NCBI GenBank assembly: GCA_947478525.1
Contig: CANJVU010000011.1
Span: 3,453-67,452 of the forward strand
Length of the DNA stretch: 64,000 bases
DNA from: Thiotrichales bacterium
Lineage (GTDB): Bacteria; Pseudomonadota; Gammaproteobacteria; Francisellales; CACEW01
Direction of reading: 5' to 3'
Both the position numbers and the translations under genes were made by a program. Shown here one piece after another: positions 16,274-25,572 of the stretch. Numbering within the stretch: the stretch's first letter is position 1; each line of letters begins with the position of its first letter. Under the pieces are notes generated by a model. That model made no database searches. It was not told the DNA's origin and was given only the letters and a program-made list of their open reading frames with translations.

Positions 16274-16300
16274 GCCCCGCTTGCGGGGCTTTTTTATTTT
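16274..16300 (+). terminator. rho-independent terminator after rpmA
   Basis: GCCCCGC-TT-GCGGGGC stem-loop followed by TTTTTTATTTT. Confidence 0.85.
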
Positions 16301-16322
16301 TAGTGCATAAAGTTAGGAGTGA

Positions 16323-17339
<1,017 letters not shown>

Positions 17340-17404
17340 TTACTCGATTTACATCTCTACACCACAGATTATAATGGTATCAAATAATCAATCGATTGAG
17401 AACC

Positions 17405-19777
17405 ATGATGAAAGTAGCAGTACTGTGCGGCGGACCTTCGTTAGAACGAGGCATTTCGTTAAACTCTGCACGCTCGGTGTTGGATCATTTGTCCAGCGAC
17501 CAAATTGAGATTGTGCCAATTTATTTTGACGTCACCGGCAAGGCGTATCATATTTCCTGCTCGCAGTTGTACAGCAACACACCGTCAGATTTCGATTTCA
17601 AACTTAAGCAAACTGCAAAACCGCTGACACAAAAATCATTAATCACTCTGCTCAAAACGGTAGACATTGCTTTCCCGGCGATGCATGGCCCGTTTGGTGA
17701 AGATGGCGGCGTACAGACGTTGTTGGAACACAATGGCATTCCATTTATTGGTTCTGGCTCCGAAGCCTGCCAGCTAGCGTTTGATAAATATATTTCCAAC
17801 GAACATATCGCAGAGGCCGGGTTTTTCACCCTGCCGTCGTTGTTGATTGAACCACAAGACACCCAGATCAAGAAAAAACTCACCGCGTTTTTCAAGCAAC
17901 ATCAAATTGAACGCGCGATTGTTAAACCCGCCAGTGGCGGTTCGAGCATCGGCGTTTATTCAGTATCTACCGTCGCAGATGCAATGGAACGTATTGCCTT
18001 TTTATTCGAACAACGGATGGATGCCCGCCTAGTGGTAGAGCCCTTCGCACAAGGCGTTGAATTTACCGTGATTATCTTAGAAAATCGCTTTGGCTTACCC
18101 GTCGCCCTACCCCCAACAGAAATTGAAACTGATTATACCGAACACCAGATTCTCGATTTCCGTAAAAAGTATTTACCCACCCGCCAAGTGATCTGGCACT
18201 GTCCACCACGCTTTGAAGATAAAGTGATTGAAAAAATTCAGGCACAGGCCGAACAATTGTTTGCACTGTTTGGCATGCATGACTTTGCAAGGTTTGATGG
18301 CTGGGTGATGCCCGATGGCAACATCTGGTTCTGCGACTTTAACCCCATTAGCGGTATGGAACAGAACAGCTTTTTGTTCCAACAGTCCTCGCGCATTGGC
18401 TTTACGCACGCTGGCGTGTTGCGTCACGTCTTGCAAACCGCGTGTGCGGGTTATGATATTCCGTTCCCGGTACCAAAACCTAAAACCAAACAGCAACCGC
18501 GTAAACAGGTCAATGTATTATTTGGTGGCCAAACCTCTGAGCGCCAAGTATCACTGATGAGCGGCACCAATGTCTGGCTGAAATTACGCGGCTCAGAAGC
18601 CTATCAACCGCAACCCTATCTGCTGGATATGGAGGGCAACGTCTGGCACCTGCCGTATCATTTGGCGCTCAACCACACGGTCGAAGAAATTACCGAAAAC
18701 TGCAAAAACTATCCGCAGGCCAAACAACGCTTACAAAGCTTTGAGCAACGTACCCGCATTCGGTTAGGCTTACTCGATCAAAAAGACCCCATCGAATTTT
18801 TTGAACCAAAACGCATGACCTTGAATGAATTTATCAAACAATCGGAATTTGTGTTTATCGGCCTGCACGGTGGTTTTGGCGAAGATGGCACGCTGCAAGG
18901 CATGTTGAGCAAACAAAAAGTTTTATTCAACGGCTCCAACGAAAAAATCTCGGCGCTGTGTATGGACAAATTCGCCACCGCGACGGCGATTCGTAGACTC
19001 AAACTCAACGGTGTTGATGCCATTATCAACCGCGCCATGGATACCGCCGATTTATTAACGCTAAACGATACGGGTATTAAAAAATTATGGGCTGCGTTGC
19101 AAACCGAATTAGCCACCTCGACCATGATCGTGAAACCACGAGCAGATGGTTGTTCGACCGGTGTCATTCATATCTACTCGGCACAAGATTTACAAAGCTA
19201 TGTCAACCTGCTGCGCCTGAAAGCGACGTTTGTACCGAAAGATACCTTCCCGCATCAACCGTTGATCATCGAGATGCCACTACAAGCGCCAAAATCGGTG
19301 CTGTTTGAACGCTTTATCGAAACCGACGTGCTGCACGTCAAGAACAACCAATTGCATCACCAGGCGAAAACCGGCTGGGTGGAAATCACCATTGGCGTGA
19401 TCATGCAAAATGGCAAGCTGCATGCACTCAACCCCAGCATCACCATTGCTGAAGGCGAAGTGCTATCAGTGGAAGAAAAATTCCAGGGCGGTACCGGCGT
19501 TAACATTACCCCACCACCCGCTGAGTTGGTTGATGCCAAAACGCTGCAGAAAATCAAAACCAATATTGAAACCCTGGCCACCAACATCGGCATTGAAGGT
19601 TACTCACGCATCGATGCGTTTATTCACCTCAAAACCGGCGAACTACAGATTATTGAAATCAACACGTTACCAGGTTTAACACCTTCAACGGTTTTGTATC
19701 ATCAGGGGTTGGCGGAGAAATCGATCCTGTTTCCACAGCAATTACTGGAACAGTTGGTGAAAAACAAAGGGTATTAA
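17405..19777 (+). CDS. fused tandem D-alanine--D-alanine ligase-like (two Ddl_N + ATP-grasp modules) protein
   Basis: Module 1: KVAVLCGGPSLERGISLNSA, MHGPFGEDGGVQ, VKPASGGSSIGV. Module 2: VNVLFGGQTSERQVSLMSG, LHGGFGEDGTLQG, VKPRADGCSTGV, IIEINTLPGLTPSTV. Start is the ATG at 17405 or 17408. Confidence 0.8.
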   Translation: MMKVAVLCGGPSLERGISLNSARSVLDHLSSDQIEIVPIYFDVTGKAYHISCSQLYSNTPSDFDFKLKQTAKPLTQKSLITLLKTVDIAFPAMHGPFGEDGGVQTLLEHNGIPFIGSGSEACQLAFDKYISNEHIAEAGFFTLPSLLIEPQDTQIKKKLTAFFKQHQIERAIVKPASGGSSIGVYSVSTVADAMERIAFLFEQRMDARLVVEPFAQGVEFTVIILENRFGLPVALPPTEIETDYTEHQILDFRKKYLPTRQVIWHCPPRFEDKVIEKIQAQAEQLFALFGMHDFARFDGWVMPDGNIWFCDFNPISGMEQNSFLFQQSSRIGFTHAGVLRHVLQTACAGYDIPFPVPKPKTKQQPRKQVNVLFGGQTSERQVSLMSGTNVWLKLRGSEAYQPQPYLLDMEGNVWHLPYHLALNHTVEEITENCKNYPQAKQRLQSFEQRTRIRLGLLDQKDPIEFFEPKRMTLNEFIKQSEFVFIGLHGGFGEDGTLQGMLSKQKVLFNGSNEKISALCMDKFATATAIRRLKLNGVDAIINRAMDTADLLTLNDTGIKKLWAALQTELATSTMIVKPRADGCSTGVIHIYSAQDLQSYVNLLRLKATFVPKDTFPHQPLIIEMPLQAPKSVLFERFIETDVLHVKNNQLHHQAKTGWVEITIGVIMQNGKLHALNPSITIAEGEVLSVEEKFQGGTGVNITPPPAELVDAKTLQKIKTNIETLATNIGIEGYSRIDAFIHLKTGELQIIEINTLPGLTPSTVLYHQGLAEKSILFPQQLLEQLVKNKGY

Positions 19778-19805
19778 AACGAGTTCACCAATCTCTTTTT
19801 TGCCC

Positions 19806-19834
19806 TTGACGAACGCAATAACGTACGTTATACT
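19806..19834 (+). promoter_or_regulatory. promoter with a palindromic operator for the yefM-yoeB pair
   Basis: TTGACG at 19806-19811, a 17-nt spacer, then TATACT at 19829-19834. A perfect 12-bp palindrome TAACGTACGTTA at 19819-19830 overlaps the -10 box. Confidence 0.6.
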
Positions 19835-19858
19835 CTGTCAGAAATGTAGGAGATAACC

Positions 19859-20101
19859 ATGAGCGTTGTAACCGCAACACAGGCACGACAATCCATTTAT
19901 CAATTGGTCGATGAAGCTGAATTTCACCATCGCCCGGTGCATATTACTGGTAAACGCGGTAATGCCGTTTTGGTGGGCGAATCCGATTGGAATGATATCC
20001 AAGAAACACTTTATTTGCTTTCCATTCCCGGCATGCGCGAAAGCATTGTGGAAGGATTAAAAACCCCGGTCAGCAAATGCAGCAAAAAATTAGACTGGTA
20101 G
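19859..20101 (+). CDS. yefM: type II antitoxin, Phd/YefM family
   Basis: 80 aa. The N-terminal ATQARQSIYQLVDEA and LLSIPGMRESI are typical of YefM. It lies 4 nt upstream of the toxin gene. Confidence 0.85.
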   Translation: MSVVTATQARQSIYQLVDEAEFHHRPVHITGKRGNAVLVGESDWNDIQETLYLLSIPGMRESIVEGLKTPVSKCSKKLDW

Positions 20102-20105
20102 CCTC

Positions 20106-20369
20106 ATGAGTTACTCACTAGCCTATACCAAACAAGCAAGGCAAGACGCTAAAAAAGCCGCTTCTGGTGGATTAAAAACGAAAATTGAAACATTATTTGC
20201 GTTGATTGCTGAAGATCCCTATCAACAACCACCCCCTTACGAAAAATTGGTTGGAGACTTACAAGGCGCATTGTCACGACGTATTAATCTACAGCATCGA
20301 TTGGTTTATCAAGTGTTACCAAAAGAGAAAATCATTAAAGTGATTCGGATGTGGTCGCACTATGAATAA
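20106..20369 (+). CDS. yoeB: type II toxin, Txe/YoeB family mRNA interferase
   Basis: 87 aa. Contains LSRRINLQHRLVYQV...VIRMWSHYE, including the conserved C-terminal H-Y. Confidence 0.85.
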   Translation: MSYSLAYTKQARQDAKKAASGGLKTKIETLFALIAEDPYQQPPPYEKLVGDLQGALSRRINLQHRLVYQVLPKEKIIKVIRMWSHYE

Positions 20370-20390
20370 CGAGATCTCTAATCTCGTTTT
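20369..20390 (+). terminator. candidate terminator after yoeB
   Basis: ACGAGAT-CTCTA-ATCTCGT stem-loop followed by TTT. Confidence 0.5.
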
Positions 20391-20491
20391 GTAAAAAATG
20401 TACTATGCTATATGGTGGTACCGAGCGATATATTGACCGGGATATCATGGTAATTCCATTTGCTCAGGCGTTAGTTGAGCTTAAAACATTA

Positions 20492-21802
20492 CTAAGCTAA
20501 CACCGCAATCAAATCATGCTCAGTGGTATCAATCACCTTCACCGTCGCCCATTGACCAGGCTTAAGATTTTTAGGATTTTCGATAATCACCTGCCCATCA
20601 ATCTCCGGTGCATCGGCTTTGGAGCGCGCAACAGCATGATCAGCGTGAACTTCATCGACCAATACTTGCAGGGTCTGACCGATTTTTTGGGTGAGCTTAC
20701 GCGCACTGATCTCAGCTTGCACTTCCATAAACCGCGCCAGGCGCTGTTGCTTAACCTCTTCTGACACTGCATCAGGCAAAGCATTCGCTGTAGCACCTTC
20801 GACTGGCGAATAAGCAAAGCAACCCACGCGATCGAGTTCTGCGGCACGCAAGAAATCCAATAACTCTTCAAACTCGGCTTCGGTTTCGCCGGGGAAGCCG
20901 ACAATAAAAGTGCTGCGAATCACAATTTCAGGGCAAGTTTTACGCCAGGCTTGAATGCGCTCTAAGTTATTTTCGCTCGATGCCGGGCGTTTCATCAATT
21001 TTAAAATACGGCTGGATGCATGTTGGAAGGGAATATCCAAGTACGGCAAAATCTTGCCTTGCGCCATCAGCGGAATCACGTCATCGACATGTGGATACGG
21101 ATACACATAATGCATACGTACCCAGATACCCAGCTCACCCAGCGCTTCGGCCAAGTCTTTAAATTGCGTACGGTAGGTTCTATCGCGCCATTGATCCTCA
21201 CGATACTTGAGATCCAAACCATAAGCGCTGGTGTCTTGCGAGATGATCAACAATTCTTTAACGCCGGCTTTTTGCAATTTTTCGGCTTCACGCATCACCT
21301 CGCCAATCGGGCGTGAGGCTAACTTGCCACGCATCGAGGGAATAATGCAAAACGAACATTTGTGGTTACAGCCTTCCGAAATTTTCAGGTAGGCGTAATG
21401 ACGTGGCGTAAGTTTAATGCCTTGTGGTGGCACCAAATCGATAAACGGATCATGACTGGGAGGTAAATGTTGATGCACTGCCTGCATCACTGATTCATAG
21501 GCTTGTGGCCCAGTAATACTTAATACATTGGGAAACTTTTCCAGGATCATGTCTTTTTTGGCACCCAAACAACCGGTCACCAACACGCGCCCATTTTGTG
21601 CCATGGCTTCGCCGATAGCATCAAACGATTCTTCCACTGCAGAATCAATAAAACCACAGGTGTTCACGATGACCAAATTGGCATCTTGGTAACTGGGAGA
21701 AATTTCATAGCCTTCAGTGCGCAACTGCGTCAAAATACGCTCAGAATCAACAAGCGCTTTAGGGCAGCCTAGACTTACAAAACCAACTTTCGGCGCGGCC
21801 AT
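20492..21802 (-). CDS. rimO: ribosomal protein S12 methylthiotransferase
   Basis: MTTase N-terminal motif [16 protein letters not shown], radical-SAM CNHKCSFC, and a C-terminal TRAM domain. Confidence 0.9.
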   Translation of the reverse strand: MAAPKVGFVSLGCPKALVDSERILTQLRTEGYEISPSYQDANLVIVNTCGFIDSAVEESFDAIGEAMAQNGRVLVTGCLGAKKDMILEKFPNVLSITGPQAYESVMQAVHQHLPPSHDPFIDLVPPQGIKLTPRHYAYLKISEGCNHKCSFCIIPSMRGKLASRPIGEVMREAEKLQKAGVKELLIISQDTSAYGLDLKYREDQWRDRTYRTQFKDLAEALGELGIWVRMHYVYPYPHVDDVIPLMAQGKILPYLDIPFQHASSRILKLMKRPASSENNLERIQAWRKTCPEIVIRSTFIVGFPGETEAEFEELLDFLRAAELDRVGCFAYSPVEGATANALPDAVSEEVKQQRLARFMEVQAEISARKLTQKIGQTLQVLVDEVHADHAVARSKADAPEIDGQVIIENPKNLKPGQWATVKVIDTTEHDLIAVLA

Positions 21803-22108
21803 CTAAATAAAATGCCCGATAACAATACCGATGATCAACCCAATAACAGTTGAAACAGCTATCAAACCAAACTTGCAGGAGGATTTTTCCGCACAGCTGG
21901 CCTTGACACCAGGTGCAGACGCTGCACCTGCAGGCACCACCATTCTGGCGACTTCACCGCGAGCAGTTTTGTGGGTCTCAAATTCCACGGGGTCATTATC
22001 CTGCGGCATTTTCATGCTGGCGGCGTTGAAATAATATTCGGCACCGGCTTCACCGGCGATGAATCCGAAATCTTTGCTGCGGTTGTAAAACTTAACTTTA
22101 CCTTTCAT
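21803..22108 (-). CDS. cold-shock-domain protein with a C-terminal transmembrane anchor
   Basis: N-terminal KGKVKFYNRSKDFGFI (an RNP1-like KDFGFI). C-terminal hydrophobic tail FGLIAVSTVIGLIIGIVIGHFI. The stop abuts the rimO start. Confidence 0.7.
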   Translation of the reverse strand: MKGKVKFYNRSKDFGFIAGEAGAEYYFNAASMKMPQDNDPVEFETHKTARGEVARMVVPAGAASAPGVKASCAEKSSCKFGLIAVSTVIGLIIGIVIGHFI

Positions 22109-22186
22109 TAGTCGTTCCTATTATAACAAAGCGGGTATCATACCGAAAAGCATACATGATAGCGATCAGTTTTTAGATCTGCATAT

Positions 22187-22804
22187 TTACCAGCCAAAAG
22201 TCTTCTGCTGCGCCGTTTTGCTGATTTGTTTTTCACCCTGCCAAACGATCAATCCAGACTGAATGTCGAGTAACTTCATCGTCACTTGCATATACAAGCT
22301 TTGCTGTGAGCTATTGCGCTGGTTAATACTGGAGATATCCCCATACAACATATAACGCGCACCGACTTGCTTACCCATCGAGACTTCTTGCTGTGGATCG
22401 ACCATACCGGATTTTTGCTGATACTGATACTGTGCTTTTACTGCATCTACTTGACTCATATCGACAAATTGGAACTTACCACTTTGAATCAAACGCGTTG
22501 AAATGGCATCGGTTAATGCTTTGGTATCGATCTGTTGATCGCTGTTGTTTTGCATACCGCCAATAAAGATGATCGGCATGTTGCCATTAGCCGTAATACG
22601 CGCCACCAGAGGTGAAGAAGTCATTTCATCAACCATTTTGGCAGAGATGGTCTGCAAATCGGTGGAACTGTAATTGATGGTGGTGTTACTCACCGCATTA
22701 GGGTCAACATAACTCACGGTAGGATTGCTGCTACATCCTGCCAATGCCAATGCGCTGGCAATCATCGCACTGAGACTTAACGTTTTCATCATAGACATCA
22801 TCAT
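22187..22804 (-). CDS. LpoB/YcfM-like lipoprotein
   Basis: Lipobox LALAGCSS. COG3417-like C-terminal region (FIGGMQNNSD..., RYMLYGDISS). Confidence 0.6.
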   Translation of the reverse strand: MMMSMMKTLSLSAMIASALALAGCSSNPTVSYVDPNAVSNTTINYSSTDLQTISAKMVDEMTSSPLVARITANGNMPIIFIGGMQNNSDQQIDTKALTDAISTRLIQSGKFQFVDMSQVDAVKAQYQYQQKSGMVDPQQEVSMGKQVGARYMLYGDISSINQRNSSQQSLYMQVTMKLLDIQSGLIVWQGEKQISKTAQQKTFGW

Positions 22805-22810
22805 ATTCTC

Positions 22811-23206
22811 CTATCGACAGATTTGAACTTGGAAATTGGTGGCTTGTGGATTGGGCGCCACACCTTGAACTACTTGGCTCATGTTAGGGCTGATGACCAA
22901 TGGTACCCAGGGCATATTTTCGCCTTGGGGCGAACCATCAGGCGAGCTCCAGTTGAAGTGGTAACGCACATTTTGAGTTTTATCGGTATTATTGGTTAAC
23001 ATGGCACGGCCATTGGTTAAACCATCCACCACCATCCCGCCAGTATTAGTAACCAACACTTTGGTGCTAAAGATTGACCCTAATTTTTGAGTTTGCGACG
23101 GTTGATAGGGCGCATAACTGCTCACCACACAATTGGTGCTACAACCTGCTAACGCCACTGCTGCTGCCAACAAACCAATACTGCCTAATACTTTGATATA
23201 TTTCAT
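22811..23206 (-). CDS. YcfL-like small lipoprotein
   Basis: Lipobox VALAGCST. 131 aa, with a beta-rich sequence. Its position between the TPR lipoprotein and the LpoB-like gene matches a conserved triad. Confidence 0.55.
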   Translation of the reverse strand: MKYIKVLGSIGLLAAAVALAGCSTNCVVSSYAPYQPSQTQKLGSIFSTKVLVTNTGGMVVDGLTNGRAMLTNNTDKTQNVRYHFNWSSPDGSPQGENMPWVPLVISPNMSQVVQGVAPNPQATNFQVQICR

Positions 23207-23221
23207 AAAATCTCCTACGGG

Positions 23222-24658
23222 TTAAAGGGAAATGCTTTTCACAACAAACGTCTGCCCCACTTGGATCACCCACAATAAAACGGTGTGGTTGGGCATAATA
23301 GTAACAGAAATGGCCTGCTGATGGCCAGCGTCACCAAGCGAAACCTGATAAGTGCCTGGCACCATATAGTGCTGCATCACTTGAATATTATCCGGCAAAG
23401 TCAGCCAACTGCGCTGATCCGGGTTATCGGTCACAAGACTGTAAATTTGCGACACCAATCCCAACAAATTAACACCCTGATTGCTGCTATTATAGGCCGC
23501 CTGGGTCACAATAGTTTTGGATAAAAAACGAATAGTCTCGCGCACAAAAATCATCAAATAACGATTGCTCAACGATTTTGCCGCCATGCCTTTGATGTTG
23601 GCAACTATCGCCGTTGGATAATCTCCTACCCCGTTAATATTGACCTGTAGTGGCCTGACGTCAAACGGCTTGGCTTTATAAATTGGGAAAGTATAGGTTT
23701 GAATTTGCGATAACCCTTGTGAGGTAATAATTGGTAAAGGAATTTTAATCGATTCGATCGGCGGCACTAAGCCTTGTTCATACACGACCACCAGTTGACC
23801 AGAATTGATCGGTAACGTCGGCGCTGGCAAGCCAAAATTGCGTTGATATTGTGGTAATAAAGAACTGCTGCTGCCATCGCGTTGCAACAGTACATCCATG
23901 ATTTGTTGTCGCACATAAGGATTATCCGGAGCCACGCTCAGCGCGTTCTGGAGGGACACATAAGCATTATTCAAATCCCCTGAAGATTGATAAGCCAGCG
24001 CAGAAAGGTAATATAAAAAGCCATTTTCAAAACTGTTCTTAACCGATGCCGCAGCAGACATGGTACTGGAAAATGCTTGCGCATGATCATCCGGATTAAA
24101 ATTCCAGCCTGATTGATCGGCTTTTTGTTGTGCTTGCAACAGTTCTTTGTGGTATTGCTCCTTCACCCAAAGCTGCTCTTCATTCGCTTGACGAACCATC
24201 ACCAGCGCATTTTGTAAATCGCCTTGTGCCAGATAGTTCATGATCTGTTCGGTGTAAAGCATCACCACTTCATAATCTTGCAAACGATAGGGAATCACGT
24301 TGTCATTCACTGCAATTGAAGCAGTATCACTGGCAATGCTGGTGACTTGTATTTTCGCCGCCAATTGTTGCGACTGGACTTCATTCAACGCTTTTTGGTA
24401 AGCATCCATACTCGGTTGATAGTGCTCAGCGATTTGTTCGACACGCCCCACCTCAGCTTGATCCAGCTGCACGCTTTGCGCGCCCGCTTGTTTATTAACA
24501 GCTTTGACCGCTTGCGGCAACTGATCCTTCCACAAGGCTTGACGCGTATCGTGCAAATGATCAGGATAAGGAATAAACACGCTACCCGCACAGCCACTCA
24601 GCAGCGCAGGCAACAGCACAATACCAATCCTATAAGTGATGAACCGCAATAATTTCAT
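23222..24658 (-). CDS. TPR-like lipoprotein (COG3014-like)
   Basis: Lipobox LLSGCAG. TPR-like segments [24 protein letters not shown] and [12 protein letters not shown]. The start overlaps the 3' end of greA by 29 nt. Confidence 0.65.
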   Translation of the reverse strand: MKLLRFITYRIGIVLLPALLSGCAGSVFIPYPDHLHDTRQALWKDQLPQAVKAVNKQAGAQSVQLDQAEVGRVEQIAEHYQPSMDAYQKALNEVQSQQLAAKIQVTSIASDTASIAVNDNVIPYRLQDYEVVMLYTEQIMNYLAQGDLQNALVMVRQANEEQLWVKEQYHKELLQAQQKADQSGWNFNPDDHAQAFSSTMSAAASVKNSFENGFLYYLSALAYQSSGDLNNAYVSLQNALSVAPDNPYVRQQIMDVLLQRDGSSSSLLPQYQRNFGLPAPTLPINSGQLVVVYEQGLVPPIESIKIPLPIITSQGLSQIQTYTFPIYKAKPFDVRPLQVNINGVGDYPTAIVANIKGMAAKSLSNRYLMIFVRETIRFLSKTIVTQAAYNSSNQGVNLLGLVSQIYSLVTDNPDQRSWLTLPDNIQVMQHYMVPGTYQVSLGDAGHQQAISVTIMPNHTVLLWVIQVGQTFVVKSISL

Positions 24659-25106
24659 AAATCACATCACCTTTTGGAGTTTTAATCACCACTTCATCGC
24701 CTTCAAATTTACCCACCAGTCCGCGTGAGATCGGCGAAGTCACCGACACTTTACTGAGTTTTACATCGGCCTCGTCTTCTGACACAATTTGATAACGCAC
24801 GGTTTCTTCGGTATCAACATTCAACAGCTCTACCGTCACCCCAAAAATCACTTTACCAGTATGTTCAATTTCAGTGATATCGATGATCTGTACGTTCGAC
24901 AATTTTGCTTCGATATCGCGCACCCGCGCCTCTACCAAACCTTGCTGTTCCCGCGCGGCGTGGTATTCGGCATTTTCTTTTAAATCGCCATGGGCACGCG
25001 CTTCGGCAATCGATGCACTTAACCTCGCACGCACCGTGGTTTTTAATTCTTGTAATTCTGCCCGCAAACTTTCTGCACCTTTTACCGTCATGGGAACTCG
25101 TAACAT
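24630..25106 (-). CDS. greA: transcription elongation factor GreA
   Basis: [18 protein letters not shown]...[15 protein letters not shown]...[10 protein letters not shown] is canonical GreA. 158 aa. Confidence 0.95.
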   Translation of the reverse strand: MLRVPMTVKGAESLRAELQELKTTVRARLSASIAEARAHGDLKENAEYHAAREQQGLVEARVRDIEAKLSNVQIIDITEIEHTGKVIFGVTVELLNVDTEETVRYQIVSEDEADVKLSKVSVTSPISRGLVGKFEGDEVVIKTPKGDVIYEIIAVHHL

Positions 25107-25118
25107 AATCGCTTCTCC

Positions 25119-25454
25119 TTATAACCCTGGCAACTTGGGTCCACCTAAAATATGATAATGCAAATGGGGCACTTCCTGACCACCTCCAGACCCTGTGTTA
25201 ATAACGACTCTAAAGCCATCTTCTAATTCACACTGCCTGGCAATCACGGGCAATAATTGTGTCAGCTTGCCCAATAATTGCAGATCTTCTGACCCTTGAT
25301 GCGCCAAACTTTCAATATGCTTTTTCGGCAACACCAACACATGCACTTTGGCTTTGGGGCGAATATCATTAAACGCAATAAAATCAGCATCTTCAAAAAT
25401 AAGTTTTGCCGGAATTTGTTTGTTAATGATTTTACAAAAAATACAGTCTGACAT
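25119..25454 (-). CDS. HIT-family (histidine triad) nucleotide hydrolase
   Basis: CIFCKII N-terminus and the HLHYHILGG triad. I trimmed the start to MSDCIF (111 aa). Confidence 0.9.
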   Translation of the reverse strand: MSDCIFCKIINKQIPAKLIFEDADFIAFNDIRPKAKVHVLVLPKKHIESLAHQGSEDLQLLGKLTQLLPVIARQCELEDGFRVVINTGSGGGQEVPHLHYHILGGPKLPGL

Positions 25455-25572
25455 AAGCACCTTTCTTATTGATCCTTGGTCTGTGATGAGTGTAACGTAT
25501 TTTACAAAGAACCGCAAAAAAGTTAAGGCTTTGGGGTGTGATTACAAAAATTTCCAACTGATGTGTTTCGAC

